From Octopus vulgaris (lineage: Eukaryota): DNA of 64,000 bases. Of this stretch, positions 12,678 to 26,012 are shown piece after piece. The DNA lies in assembly GCA_951406725.2 (NCBI GenBank), contig OX597822.1, positions 33,480,001 to 33,544,000 on the forward strand, read 5' to 3'. Below the pieces are notes generated by a model that saw only the letters and a program-made list of their open reading frames with translations, was not told the DNA's origin and did no database searches. The position numbers and the translations under genes were made by a program. How positions within the stretch are numbered: the stretch's first letter is position 1; every line of letters begins with the position of its first letter.

Positions 12678-13286
12678 CTCTATAGAGTTGTTTGGCCATC
12701 GATATAGCAACCAAATCCCCTTCAAATTACACACCTTGCTGTTTTTAATGTTGGATACTCTTTTACTTGTTTCAGTCATTTCAGTGCGACCATACTGGAG
12801 CACCGTCTTTAGTCAAACAAATCGACCCCAAGACTTATTCTTTGTAAGCCTAGTACTTAACATATTGGCTTTTTTTGCTGAACTGCTAATTTACGGGGAC
12901 GTAAACACACCACCAGTTGTCAAGCAATGTTGGGACATACATACATACATACATACATACATACACACATACACACACACACATACATACATACATACAT
13001 ATATATAATAATGGGTAAAATTAATTAATTAATTTATAATTAATAATTTCACCAAGTACTATTCGGTATGTTAAAAAGACCATTAACGGTAAACTTAAAC
13101 AATATTTATTATAATTATGAGTATAATTATAATTAGGGTTAGGCAAAAAATTTGCTTCACCACACACCAAACTTTAGAAATAGCAGCCAAAGAACCTAGC
13201 TATTTCTTCTACTGTAAGAAACAACTCTTATCAGGTGGCCAGCATGGGAATAAACCCTTCAAAGGTAATAATTATTATTAAAATTA

Positions 13287-13402
13287 TAATTTAGGGTATC
13301 TAAGAGATACCACTATGCTGGAAATAGCAGCCAAAACTTGACATTTAATGTGGTTTTAGAGTCAGGTTTTGGCTGCTATCTCTTAGATACCCTAAATCAT
13401 AA
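13287..13402. repeat. Short inverted repeat
   Basis: atttagggtatctaagagata...tagcagccaaaac / gttttggctgcta-tctcttagataccctaaat. Confidence 0.75.
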
Positions 13403-13935
13403 CATATATATATATATATGTATGTATGCACACACACACACACACACACAAAATAGGCTTCTTTCAGTTTCCATCTAGCAAATCCACTAGCAAAGCTTTG
13501 GTTGGGCCAGAGCTACAATAGAAGACACTTGCCCAAGGTGCTGTGCAGTGGAACTAAATCCAAAACCACATGGCCAGGAAGCAAGCTTTTAAACCATACA
13601 GCTATGCCTGTTCCTAGCTGTAAAATCAGTGCTCAAAATACATGCGGCTTTTGAAAGATTACATAGATTTTATTCAAGTAATCAGGTTCAGGGAACACTG
13701 CAGAGCAAGGAATTTCAGCTCAAGGCTTAAACATGCAACAACTTCACTAATGCAAAGCACAACAAATCTGCTATTGATTTCCTTTGCAAAAAGCTCTGGG
13801 GAAAAATTAATTCATGTGTCACATAGAAAAAATACTGTCAGTAAGCTAGATATTTTTGATGGAGATCATATTGGAAATTTAGCAATAATTCTAAATAATT
13901 ATGCTTAAAATATTCAATTTAATATGAAAAATTAC

Positions 13936-13981
<46 letters not shown>

Positions 13982-14189
13982 ATGCTTCCAGGCAGATAAC
14001 ACTTTTAAGTCTATCATTACTTGAAATATATGAGGAAAAAATTTACATGAATAAGCATTTTTAACATTTTATATGATATTCTAAGAATTTAGGCTACTTA
14101 AATCTCTGTTTCTCTCTCTTTTTATTGGAAATTATTTTTGAGTTGAAATTATAAGAGATTTCTGAATGTATGTATGTAATTCTAATAAA

Positions 14190-14589
14190 TCTTTATATAT
14201 AAAAGAAAAGTTGTGGGTCTGTCTCCTATGATTTAGATTCCTAACTACTCCCACATTTTGCGGTGCAGTTTAACCAAAACAGGGTATCTTATAGTCGTGA
14301 TTCATATCGAGCCCTTCTGGGTATTAGCGCGCGTCTACGATGAGTCTACGATTTAAAAAAAAAATTTACCATCATTTTTTTCCATTTTAATGCATTTTTT
14401 TCACTATTATATAAGGGAAGTAACCCTCTAAAAATGTCTACGATGAGTCAACGATTTTTTAAAAAATTAACCATCATTTGTTTTCCATTTTTAATGCATT
14501 TTTTTGCTATTTTTTGGCTATAACTCTCTAAAAATGCTTATATAGTTATTTCCCTTACAAACCCGAGCAACGCCGGACAATACTGCTAG
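14190..14589 (+). mobile_element. Non-autonomous Helitron
   Basis: Inserted between A and T. 5' end TCTTTATATATAAA; 3' GC-rich hairpin cccgagcaacgccgga followed by CTAG; no TSD. Confidence 0.85.
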
Positions 14590-14970
14590 TCTATTCTAAA
14601 GTACTTTTTGCATTGTTATACAGGGGGAATTATCTCAGTTCCCATCTCGCCTTGTAGCAATATCGATATTATAACAAATGAAAATCCTTCGAAGTTCCAT
14701 TCTGCCTGTCATTCTTCCAGCATCAATAATGTAAGATGAAGTACCAGTTATGTAATGAGGCTGATATAAGTTAACCATAGTGTCCTCTAAAAGGTGTGCT
14801 CTTCATTCTTTTATTAAAAAACAATATCGGGGTCTAACAACATTACTGTTTATTTTTTGCTTCAGTCATTGGATTGCGGCCATGCTGGGGCAACACCTTG
14901 AAGAGTTTAGTCAAACAAATCAATCTCAGTACTTTATTTTTTTTTTCTCACTGAAGTCTGGTACTTATTG

Positions 14971-15327
14971 GGATCTTTGCGGTTTGAACGGCAGTTTTTT
15001 CTAGCGGTGTCATATGAAATTGCCACCCATAATTATGACACTAGTATCGATCTATTGCATTTCAATCTGTTTTAGGGTTAGCATTTCTTAAACGAGGGAC
15101 ATATTCATACGGCACAGAATGTTTTTTACCTCAATGGACGTCATTGATTGGTTGAAATTACAGAAATTGAAGAAAGCAAACAACAAATATCTTACAAACT
15201 ATAGAATTTTCTCAATAAAGCCAAGAGTAAAAGATGTTTTATAAACACATTCTACCAGTATATGAAGTTTAAAATTTTTTAGTTACAAAGAAATTATGTT
15301 AAAAAGCCGTTCAAACGGAAAAGATCC
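14971..15327. mobile_element. TIR MITE (GGATC...GATCC family), internally deleted copy
   Basis: TIR ggatctttgcggtttgaacggc / gccgttcaaacggaaaagatcc; homologous to 38225-38643 and 46591-47023. Confidence 0.85.
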
Positions 15328-15723
15328 CTTTGGTTGAACTGCTAAGTTAAGGGGATATAAACTAACCAACTCGGGTTGGTTGTTAATCAGTGCAAAGTGG
15401 GAACACACAAAACAATAAACGCATATCAAACATATATAAAACAGGCTTTCACACAGTTTTCATTTGGTAAATTCACTCGTATGGTACTGGTCAGCAAAGA
15501 GCTATTGTAGAAGACACTTGTGTAAGAAGCTACACAGTGGGACTGAACCCAAATCCACATGAACTGAAAATCAATTCAATAGAATTATGGTTGATGTATT
15601 TAAAGTAAGATGAAGACACATGGCTCAGCGGTTAGAGCACTAGGCATGCAATCATGAGGTAGTGAGTTTGATTCCCAGACCGGACTGTGTAGAGTAAGAC
15701 AAAGCCCTCACTTGAATTCAACT

Positions 15724-15919
15724 TTAACCCTTTAGCGTTCACATTATTCTGTTAAATATTTATTCACATTGCTTTGGATTAATCCTGCATTATCTCATGG
15801 CTTGGTGGTTTTGATGAGGTAACTTAACTTTTAGGCTGATATAATGGGGTTGGTGTGAGAGGTAGAAACAGGTAGAATATTTTGGCTGGATATGGCCAGT
15901 TTATATGATTAACGGTTAA
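15724..15919. mobile_element. piggyBac-type MITE
   Basis: TTAA-CCCTTTAG...TAACGG-TTAA termini. Confidence 0.5.
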
Positions 15920-16049
15920 TGTATTACTGGTACATATTTATCAACTTCAGTAGAATGATAGATAAAATATATATATATATATATATATATATAGAAAGTT
16001 GAAGTAGGTGAAATTTGAACTCAGTATCTTGGAGAGGTAAAATTAATTA

Positions 16050-16272
16050 CAGTAATCCCACCTACTGTGGTTCACCTATTGCGGTTTATTATTTAAGCTT
16101 ATGTCAATTCCTCTGCGGTGTTGCTTTGCTTTTATAATAAAATAAATATATATAAATTACAAAAATGATTTTTTTAAATATACAGTACAGTACTGTTTCT
16201 ACTTCATGGATTTTTACCTATCGTAGGAGCTGGTTTTGGAATGTAATACCCACAATAGTCGAGGCATTACTG
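16050..16272. mobile_element. Tigger/pogo-like MITE
   Basis: TA-CAGTAATCCC...GGCATTACTG-TA: TIRs with a TA target duplication. Confidence 0.6.
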
Positions 16273-19200
16273 TATTAACATAAAGATATCTGTCACTATT
16301 TCATCCAACTCAACTTCTATGGCATTTAAGCAAATGCTAAAAACGTTAATTGTAACGAAAATTAACTGAAATATTTAGACAGTTTACTAATTAGAATATA
16401 ATTATGAAAGGGCTAAACAGTAATTTTCTTAGAATCTTTTAGTCTGTTGAGATCCTGCAGAACCATTAAACTAGATTCTATAGAACATAGGCAACCCAAG
16501 AGTACAATACTTTACATTAAATGAGAGGCTGTTCAGCTCCAATTGTTACTGATATTTATTTTCCAGCTGAGTGAACTGAAACGATGTGAAATAAAGAGTT
16601 TGCTCAAGAAAACACTGTGCACCCTGGTCTAGGAATTGAAATCCCGACTTTATGATCATAATTTTAATACCCTAACCACCAGACCATGAATCTGCAATCT
16701 ACGTAAACGCCAGTAAGCAAAAGAGAATAAGAATGGGGAGTAAATAGTTCTGTAAAAAATACTAAGGAATTAGCAGCAATGACTTTTGTCTCCAAAATAA
16801 AATCAGAATAGATTTATGTCTAGAAAAGATATGCAGTCACCACTTCAACTAGCTTAGACACATCATTTGGCCCACCAATCAATTCCTACAACATTGGACC
16901 TTTCTTAGAATAAGAGGAAATAAAAGCAAAGTAAAATATGCATCTGAAGTGTTGAAGCAAAGTAGTGAAGGTCTCAGATCAGCTTACATACTGCAGTTGA
17001 TTGACAGGAAGGGACATAGGTTTGCCTTTTCAGATCCTTAAGATCTTGGTCCTGACTCTTGCCAAATGCCCAGATGGGCCACGTTACCAAAAAAAAAGAA
17101 GAAAAAAAGACAAATGCTAAAATAAGAATAGCCCCCTATAGCTAAGCTTAATAAAATGCCCCGTGGTGTATGATGGTTGTTGTTTTTGGGTGTGCTGTCA
17201 CACCCAGTGCCACCAAATTTCATTTCAAGCAGGGATATAACAAAAGTTTTCCATTATGATTTATAATTAAATTATTGAGTATGGTTAATATTTATAAAGA
17301 ATTTACCATTTCTGATGGGAGTGCAATGCATACCTAGCCCACCCAGAATATACACCCCTGTCAGTGAGGTAGGTCACAGCTTCAAAAACTTTAATGGTTA
17401 CCAATCATAACGTACTCATATCAATTAAATTTCTTTACCCATTTTAACAAAATGTCCTCATTTGAGGACAGTTGTATTCAGTTTGTTTATTGCAATAAAG
17501 GTTAACTGAACGGTTCCATATTTTTGTTATCCCAATTTATATAACTATCTTCAAAATTTCAACAGGGTTAACCAGGGTTGAAATGAGTTAAGGATACAGC
17601 TTCTTACATTTCTTTGACCTCGCATCTAAATGTATGGCTTGATAAGCTTTCAAGTTGTCATGGCAAACCACAAGCAATCAGCTCATCCACAAGAATCAAA
17701 GACCTTGGAAAGTAACACGTCTGACACTTTCTCTTTTCTCACATTCTTGCAAAAAAACAAAACAAATTCCCTTATGTCCAAAGCAAAGTGCAACCTCGGC
17801 TCACTATCTCTCACACTTATCTAGACAACATTTTAACCCTGTTGACACCAGCCCAGTCGAGAATGCCTCTGGGTTTATGATACAAAATTCCTGTTTTAAA
17901 GCAATCTAAATTTTAAAATTGCACAGCAAAATTTCAAGTCTATTTATGTTCCAGACACCAGCATAATAATAACAAAGTTATTTTATGATACCTATTCATG
18001 TCTGTAAGTGATTCAAACACAGTTTAATTGACAAGAGCTTGTCTTTTCTTTCAGCAGCACAGAGCCAACTGAAGGTACTGGCAAACTGAACAAACTGCCC
18101 AGTGTGGCACAAACTAAGGGGACTCATGTATTTGGGAATCTTCCAAATGCAAAGTAAATATGCATGGCACCTTGGGCAAGTTTCTTCTTCTACTATAGCT
18201 TCGGGCCTACCAAAGCTTTGATCTGCTCATTCAGGGCCAACATGGATCTAAACAACACCAAGAACACTGCACCATATTACATGATGTAAGCCAATGAGGA
18301 AGCCTGCATGTGGTTGCTTGATCTATTAGAAATAGCAGCCAAACAATCTCTCAAAAAACAAAAGCATGCATTCATTGACTAATGAGGTCCTGTGTTTGTA
18401 ACGCATAGTAAAAGGATGGGATGGCCAAGGTGGGAATGTCTTAGATTATAAGCCTGTTTGAACAATAAGACTTGGGGTTAAAAAAAGAACACTACCCTAT
18501 GCTACACTAAAATATCTGAGTCAGCGAGGAAGCCCCAACATCATCATTCAATCTGTTAAAAATAGCAACCAAATATCCCTCAAATCACACCCTACCATAT
18601 GCTATACAATCTGAACCAACAGAGCCAATCCGAAAGTCTTTACATGGACACTCTATTTGCTAGAAATAGCAACTAAATATCCTTCAAATAACAATCTACC
18701 ATTCTGAGTAAAGGACACATCAAATAAGGAGATGGCTGTAGATTCCCTTCACATGGAAAGAGGATGGGATTGTCACAGCAGAAATTCCTTCAAATATAGG
18801 GATCCTTCATAGCGCTGACCTCATGCTAAACAACAGCAAAAGCAACATTGAACAATAATATCCTTATAATATTTCATGGTTCAACACCATAGCTACTTCT
18901 ATATCACCAACATTTTAACATCTATACCTATCATTTAGCAATAGGAGTGTAGGTTGGGCAGGTTTGTAAATACATGCATATCATCCCTGATATTGTAATC
19001 CTATATCACCTGAAATCCTAAGACCACTCGTTCTCTTTTGCCATTCCTCCTATGTTGTACCTTGAAATATTACTCATCAACCATTCGTATCACATGCCTT
19101 CAGCCTCAGAACAAAATCACTTACTAGCGATATGAATCACACGCCAGAGCAAATACGATCATCATTTAATATTCTTTAAATTCTTTTATTTGTTTCAGAC

Positions 19201-19387
19201 ATTTTGACTGTGGCCATGCTGGAGCACCGCCTTTAGTCAAGCAAATCGACCCCAGGACTTATTCTTTGTAAGCCTAGTACTTATTCTAATCAGTCTCTTA
19301 TGCCGAACCGCTAAGTTACAGGGACATAAACACACCAGCATTGATGTCAAGCGATGTTGGGACACACACACAAACATATACACACAC

Positions 19388-19418
<31 letters not shown>

Positions 19419-20448
19419 TACACACATATATATATTGTGGCTGTTGCCAGCCTCCCCTGTCACCTGTGCCAGTGGCACGTAAAAGGCACCCACTGCACTC
19501 ACGGAGTGGTTGGCATTAGGAAGGGCATCCAGCTGTAGAAACACTGCCAGATCAGGCTGAAGCCTTGTGCAGGGTCCTGGCTTCCCAGACCCCGGTCAAA
19601 CCGTCCAACCCACGCTAGCATGGAAAACGTACTTTAATCAATGATGATATATATATATATACATACACACACAACAGGCTTCTTTCAGTTTCCATCTACC
19701 AAATCCACTCACAAGGCTTTGGTCAGCCCAAGGTGCCACGCAGTGGGACTGAACCTGGAACCATGTAGTTGGTAAGCAAGCTACTTACCACACAGCCACT
19801 CCTGTGCCTACGTACACAAATTATTTACACCAATAACAGTAAATAGTCTAAATGTCTGAAATTGGTTTGTTTTCTATTCTTTTCTATCTTTTACTTGTTT
19901 CAGTCATTAGGTTGCAGCCACGCTGAAGAATTTTAGTTGAACAAATCAAGTTCTTGTATTTTTTTTTTCTAAGCCTGATACTAATTCTATCAATCTCTTT
20001 TGCCCAACTGCTGAGTTATAGAGATGTAAACATACAAACACTGGTTGTCAAGCAGTGTGTGGCGGGAAACAAACACAGACACAAAGACACACATGCACAC
20101 ACACTCACACACTCACATACACACACACACTCACATATTTATATATTCACATACAACAGGCTCCTTTCAATTTCTGTCTACGAAACCCACTCACAGGGTT
20201 TAGGACAACCCAAGGCTAAACTAGAAGACACTTGCCCTCAGTGCCAAACGGTGGGACTGAACCCGGAACCAGGTGACAGGGAAGCAAACTTTTTATCACA
20301 CAGCTGCACCTGTTGGCTGGGTTTTTTTTTTTTAATTAACATATTATGATTTTCCAGATTAATTAAACCTGGTTTCTTTTAAATAAATGTGACTATTATG
20401 ACCATTTGTCTAGAAATAAAAGTTATGAGTTTGGTAATATGCATCAGG

Positions 20449-20700
20449 TGGAGGCACGTGGTTCAGTGGTTAGGGTGTCAGCACCATGATTGTAAAATTG
20501 TGGTTTTGATTCCTGGACCGGGCGACGCGTTGTGTTCTTGAGCAAAGCACTTCATTTCACGTTGCCCCAGTCCACTCAGCTGGCAAAAATGAGTAACGCT
20601 GCAATGGACTGGCGTCCCGTCCAGCTGGGGAACACATATGCCATAGAAACTGGGAAACTGGGCCCATGACCCTGGCTAGACTTTAAAAGGGCGCATTTAT
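20449..20700 (+). mobile_element. tRNA-derived SINE with V-domain-like core
   Basis: Head ggaggcacgtggttcagtggttaggg and core gcaatggactggcgtcccgtccag. Related copies lie at about 9460, 40830, 41365 (-), 43780 (-) and 52430 (-). Confidence 0.75.
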
Positions 20701-21224
20701 TTTTTTTTTTTAATATGCATAATAAGGGTAAGGACAAAATATTTCAAGAGGAATGTATGCATATGCAGTAATAAAAGAAGTTGAAAAACTTCAGTTAATT
20801 GAGATTATCTATGCAATTAGTGGATAAAAACTCTGTCTAGAGGTTTTGTTTAAAATATTAAAAAAAAAAAAGGAGATAACTATGATAATATCAGCCAAAA
20901 ATTTTGGAAAATCAAGACAAATAAGAATGGATCTTGAGCTTAAAGTTAACTAGTGAAATAAGACACTTGGAGATCAAACTAATTGTAATGAGGTGTGTAT
21001 GTGTGTGTGTGTGTGTGTGTAAAACAAGTTATCTCCTAAGATGAAGTTAAATGTCCTGAAAACCATTTTGCTATTAACGTTATAATCATCACTGTTTTTG
21101 TCAGCATCCAATTTAGATTTAGTTACTGGGTATACCTGATGACTTGTAATTAAAAACATTTTTATAATCACAATCACTAATTGTTTAAAGAAAAAGACAA
21201 AAACAATTTTCACTAAATCATTAC

Positions 21225-21426
21225 TCTTTTTACTTGTTTCAGTCATTTGACTGCGGCCATGCTGGAGCACTGCCTTTAGTAGAGCAAATCGACCCCAGGA
21301 CTTATTCTTTGTAAGCCTAGTACTTATTCTATCGGTTTCTTTTTACCGAACAGCTAAGTTACGGGTAATGTAAACAGACCAGCATCGGTTGTCAAGCGAT
21401 GTTGGGTGGGACAAACACAGACACAT

Positions 21427-21468
<42 letters not shown>

Positions 21469-21625
21469 GACAGGCTTCTTTCAGTTTCCATCTACCAAAT
21501 CCACTCACAAGGCTTTGGTCGGCCTGAGGCTATAGTAGAAGATACTTGGCCAAAGTGTCACGCAGTGGGACTGAACCCAGAACCATGGGGTTGGTAAGCA
21601 AGCTACTTACAACACAGCCACTCCT
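21225..21625 (-). mobile_element. Bipartite SINE with central (CA)/(TA) tract
   Basis: Head ggagtggctgtgttgtaagtagcttgcttacc..., tail ...ccagcatggccgcagtcaaatgactgaaacaagtaaaa. Many copies in the window (about 12760, 19190, 19890, 25240, 42300, 45655, 61880). Confidence 0.8.
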
Positions 21626-22376
21626 AAAATTTACATTTCGTATTTAACTAATGACACATTTTAAAATTCCTAACCCAAAATTATATTTGCATTCCATATT
21701 TTAACTTACATTACACACACACACACGTATATACATAATTAACACTACATTTAGTTTAATTAAAATTTCATATCTTATTTGCATATCCTATTTACACTTT
21801 CTAGTTAATTTTAAACTCTATGTTATATTTACATATATTTTAATTTACAAATAATTATTTATACTTTATTCTTTATTTACATTTTACATGTTGCCTTCAT
21901 TTCAAATTTTATTTTATCTAAAACTCATATCTTTAAACTTCGTTTTTAGTAAACTGTGGTGGCAAAACGTCTGAGCTACTGCTACAAACTCCAAGGAATA
22001 CTTTAAAATAAGTTCTACGATATGAACTAACAACAAATAATGATAGAACCAATGGCAGAGCCTATACGTGGTCGCTCAACGTGCTAGAAATAACAGACAA
22101 AATTTCCAACCATTTTTTTTTTCTTTTGAAGAAAAAAAAAAAAGAAGAAACGAGCTGTATGAACAATATAGTCCACATTCATTATATCAATAAAATAAAA
22201 TGCGTTAGTCATGGCGGGAACGTCTCTCTTCATAAGTTCTGTTCAATCAGGGTTGATGTAGAGTTAAATAGCAACATGCAGAAGTGAGTTTTTTCTCTGA
22301 CACATTCACGTCTGTCTGATGACACATCGTGATCCAACAGTAAAGAATAAAAATGGTAACCACCGAAAGACCTTAC

Positions 22377-23255
22377 CTTATTCTCCTCCATTATGTCATG
22401 TAATTCGGCTAAAGTAGGTCGCCGTGAGCGATTCTCGTAACCCTCGGGAAAGGGTTCCAAGAAAAAATGATCCAAACGAGGAAGGGCTTCAATGGTGTTC
22501 TGTCCGAAAGTCGAGTAGCTTTCTTTCGCGGTAAGAATCGGGTGTCCGTTCGCCACCCCGGTAATAGATTCGGTGTCCATATCACCTCGGCTATCGTACC
22601 GGCCAGACTGTCGGCATTGGCGACCCAACGTCGGCGAAGGCGAGTTCAAAGACTGGGTCCTGGAGAGAGGGGCACGAGCGGACTTCCGATGCGCAACTTC
22701 GGCCTGTGCAGCGTTGTCGTCGTGGCTGGTACGATGCGGAGGAGACTGGCAGGGAACACCAGAAAACTGCCCCTCCGCTTCGTTGGTTTTGTGAAACGGG
22801 GTCGGTTCCGAACGTTCGTTAGGTGACATAACTGGAATAGTTGTCGGCGGGTTATGACGGACACACGTATCGAAGTTGTCCGGTGAATGAACACTCTTCT
22901 CAGCGTATCGATCCCTTCCGTCGTAGCTGTCCGTTGAAAACTGTCTCGCTTTAACTGAATCAACACGCGCGATTCTGAAACGTTGTTTTCCGTACACCGT
23001 TTCCATCTCGTACTTTTCGGCAGCTTCGTGTTCGTTACTGCTACTATTATTACAGTAGGGCTTCGTCGAAGCCATCCCGTTTTCAAAGTTGGTCTGGTTC
23101 CGATCAAAATTCGATGAATATGCAGGCGCGGTGGTGTCGTTCGTACGCGCAGAAGAATCTCTGTCCCTGTGAATGCCTGTGAAGTGATTAGGTGGCGAGT
23201 TAATGTTGTCGGAGGTGTTGACACTACGAAGATAACAATCGCGATACGGCTCCAT
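22377..23255 (-). CDS. SLC12A2: First coding exon of an NKCC1-like Na-K-Cl cotransporter (SLC12A1/2/3 group), N-terminal regulatory domain; the rest of the gene is presumably left of the window
   Basis: The 293-codon open frame contains RFRI (SPAK/OSR1 docking, 22971-22982) and STFGQNTIEALPRLDHF...RRPTLAELHD, matching vertebrate NKCC1 RTFGHNTMDAVPRIDHY...RPSLAELHD. It ends at the phase-0 donor AAG|GTAAGG (22377/22376). The last 48 aa of the ORF-track protein are intron read-through. Exact paralog identity needs a phylogeny. Confidence 0.9.
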
Positions 23256-24056
23256 TTTTATTCAATAGAAGATCAAATAATACTAAATAGTAGGCTTATC
23301 CGTAAACTGTTCGAGCTTCCTTCCACACGAGAGAGAGAGAGAGTGAGAGAAAAAAAAATTAAACGCAGGAAGAAAGGAACGTTCGGATTTCAGAGAGTAA
23401 AGTTATATCGCTGGTAGGTTCTAATGGATATATATGATATCAATATATGTGAATAATGTAGGCAGGCTATTTCGCTTACTCAACGACATCCGGAGACAAT
23501 GAAAGTAGAAGAAAATGTGACAGCGAAAATAAGCGACAACAACAACAACATCAAAAGCAGCATGGACAATCCGATGGTGGCGGTGTTGATGATAGAAGTG
23601 ATAGCAGTAGCCGTGTGTTGAAAGGAAAAAAACAAACACAGCAATGAGTAGGAGGACAACTGCCAGCCAGGTAACAAGAAAATTAAAAGAAAGGTAATAA
23701 CAATTGAAAACCCAGCGATGATATTATTCTGAAAAGAGGAAGTTTAATAGAGAAACCTATTAAAAATTATACAGAGTGACTTAATTATTATTGTTGTTAT
23801 TATTATTATTATTATTAAATAACATTGAATAGTGCTAATCTAATAGTCTCTTTCATATACATACTGTATTTTTGCCTTGAAGAAGGAAGGAAAAAAAAAA
23901 ACGGGGGGAGATGAGGTTGTGAGAGGAAATGGTAAATAGAATTAAGGCAGAACTTTTTTTCCGAATCTCCGCCTCCAGGTGAGATTACTGTGGGGGGGAA
24001 ATTTTACAGCGCGCGCACCACAACGCTCCTCCTACTACCATCATTCGCGTGTGCGT

Positions 24057-24240
24057 GAAGAAGAAGAAGAAGAAGAAGAAGAAGAAGAAGAAGAAGAAGA
24101 AGAAGAAGAAGAAGAAGAAGAAGAAGGTGGAGGAGGAGAAGAAGAAGAAGTAGGAGAAGAAGGAGAAGCAGAAGGAGAAGAAGAAGGAGGAGAAGAAGAA
24201 GAAGAAGAAGAAGAAGAAGAAGAAGAAGAAGAAGAAGAAG
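24057..24240. repeat. (GAA)n/(GGA)n polypurine tract
   Basis: Directly visible; about 180 bp that is almost purine-only on the + strand. Confidence 0.97.
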
Positions 24241-24687
24241 GCTTTCCTGAATTTTTCTTCCTGACTTGTCACTTTTTTTTTTTCCTTTTCCTTTATTTTT
24301 TTTTTCACGTGTGTATGTTGTTGTGGCTTACATAATTAATATCGACACACCAAAACTAGAATTGGTACACTTGGTATAAAGAACCGAAGCGACAAGAGCC
24401 CTAATTTGAGTGTTTTCATTTATTTATATGACAAAAAAAATAAAATAAAATAAGTTAATAAAAAACCCAACTAAACACTATTACTTACTCACTCACTTAT
24501 AAAACACGATTTAAATATCAACAGCAAAGGAGGGGGTGAAATGTATAAATAAATAAAATAATATCCCCCCACACACACAGACACACAAAGAAAATACTAT
24601 ACTTAAAAATACTATAATTAATGAAGCCTCAATTAACACTACTGAATATCCTGAGAATTCACGTTGTCAACGAAAACGGACCAACAT

Positions 24688-24744
<57 letters not shown>

Positions 24745-24819
24745 TCGTTATATATATATATATATATATACACACGCACACACTATAGACACACACCCTG
24801 AAATTCACAAGAGTTGATG

Positions 24820-25000
24820 TAGTCCGTCGTGGGAAGGGAAGTTTCTTCCGGTGGTTCAGTGGATTTCGATAAAATATGAGAAAGTTTAGTGTAAATTATA
24901 CATGGATATAACAGGCGGCAGCGAATCGTCGATTATGATTTCTCACGTCGAGCGCACAAATGGATTGGTTTTCTGTTTGTTGTTCGATTAAACGTACTAA
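24820..25000 (-). promoter_or_regulatory. Candidate promoter of the NKCC-like gene
   Basis: Unique, CpG-containing sequence upstream of the ATG. It has a minus-strand CCAAT (about 24964-24968), CCGGAAG (ETS-like, about 24845-24851) and TCACGT. A possible 5'-UTR acceptor cctcttttcag lies at 23729. Inference only. Confidence 0.3.
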
Positions 25001-25591
25001 CCTACTAGATGGCTTAGCTTGCGAAGTGGCTGAATGTTCCACAGACCATGTGTAGCCTTAACGCAGTTCTCGAGTAGAAGCATAGAATTACTGGGACACA
25101 GCATGTGAAAAGGGTTCAACTTTTGAATTACGTGTTCAGATTTCAAATTTATTCATAATTTGATTTTGCCCAAGGCGCCGGGAAGTGGGATCGAATCCGG
25201 GACGTCGTTATTACGGAGCGAAATTCTCAAACGCTCAGCTAGGCCTGGCTGTGTGGTAAGAAGCTTGCTTCTCAACCACGTGGTTTCGGGTTCAGTCTTT
25301 CTGTCCGGGCCTTGTGACTGGATTTGGTACGCAGAAACCGAAAGGAGACCAGTGTGTGTGTGTGTGTGTGTGTCCACCACCATCCATTGTCAACCGGTAT
25401 TGGTGTGTTTACATTACCGGAGCTAAGAGGTTCGGCAAAAGACACCGATAGTATAGGGTCGATTCGTTCGGCTAAAATTCTTTCAGGGCGGTGCTATAGC
25501 ATGGCCGCAAGTCTAATAACAGAAACAACTGAAAGATTAAAAAAAAAAAAAAGGATATGCAAAACGCGTATGCACGTATGTATAGACGTGG

Positions 25592-25594
<3 letters not shown>

Positions 25595-25671
<77 letters not shown>
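25595..25671. repeat. (GATA)n microsatellite; a second tract lies at about 25965-26040
   Basis: Directly visible. Confidence 0.95.
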
Positions 25672-25673
<2 letters not shown>

Positions 25674-25963
25674 GGAGGGAGGGGGAGAGGGAGATGTATT
25701 ATTTCTAAGTTGCATAGTTAAAAAACTTCGCTCCTCAGCTACATGGGTTTGATCCCAAAGCGCAGCATCTTGGACTAAATGTCTTTCATTATAATCTCAG
25801 CTGATCAGAACCTTCTGGGCGAGATTTCGTAAACGGATACTGTACGGAAACCCGTGGTGCACATGTATATATGAGTGGAGATATGCGGGGACGCGTCCCT
25901 GGACGCGCATGTACGTGCGTATATGTAACGCATGTAGACATCGACGGAAAGTAACCTAAAATA

Positions 25964-26012
<49 letters not shown>

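Noticed and set aside
22230-22376. C-terminal 48 aa of the 341-aa ORF
   Set aside because: They lie beyond a strong AAG|GTAAGG donor and NKCC similarity stops there; this is intron read-through.
22467-23417. Overlapping ORFs (119, 73, 192, 82 aa)
   Set aside because: Shadow frames of the GC-richer NKCC exon with no recognisable motifs.
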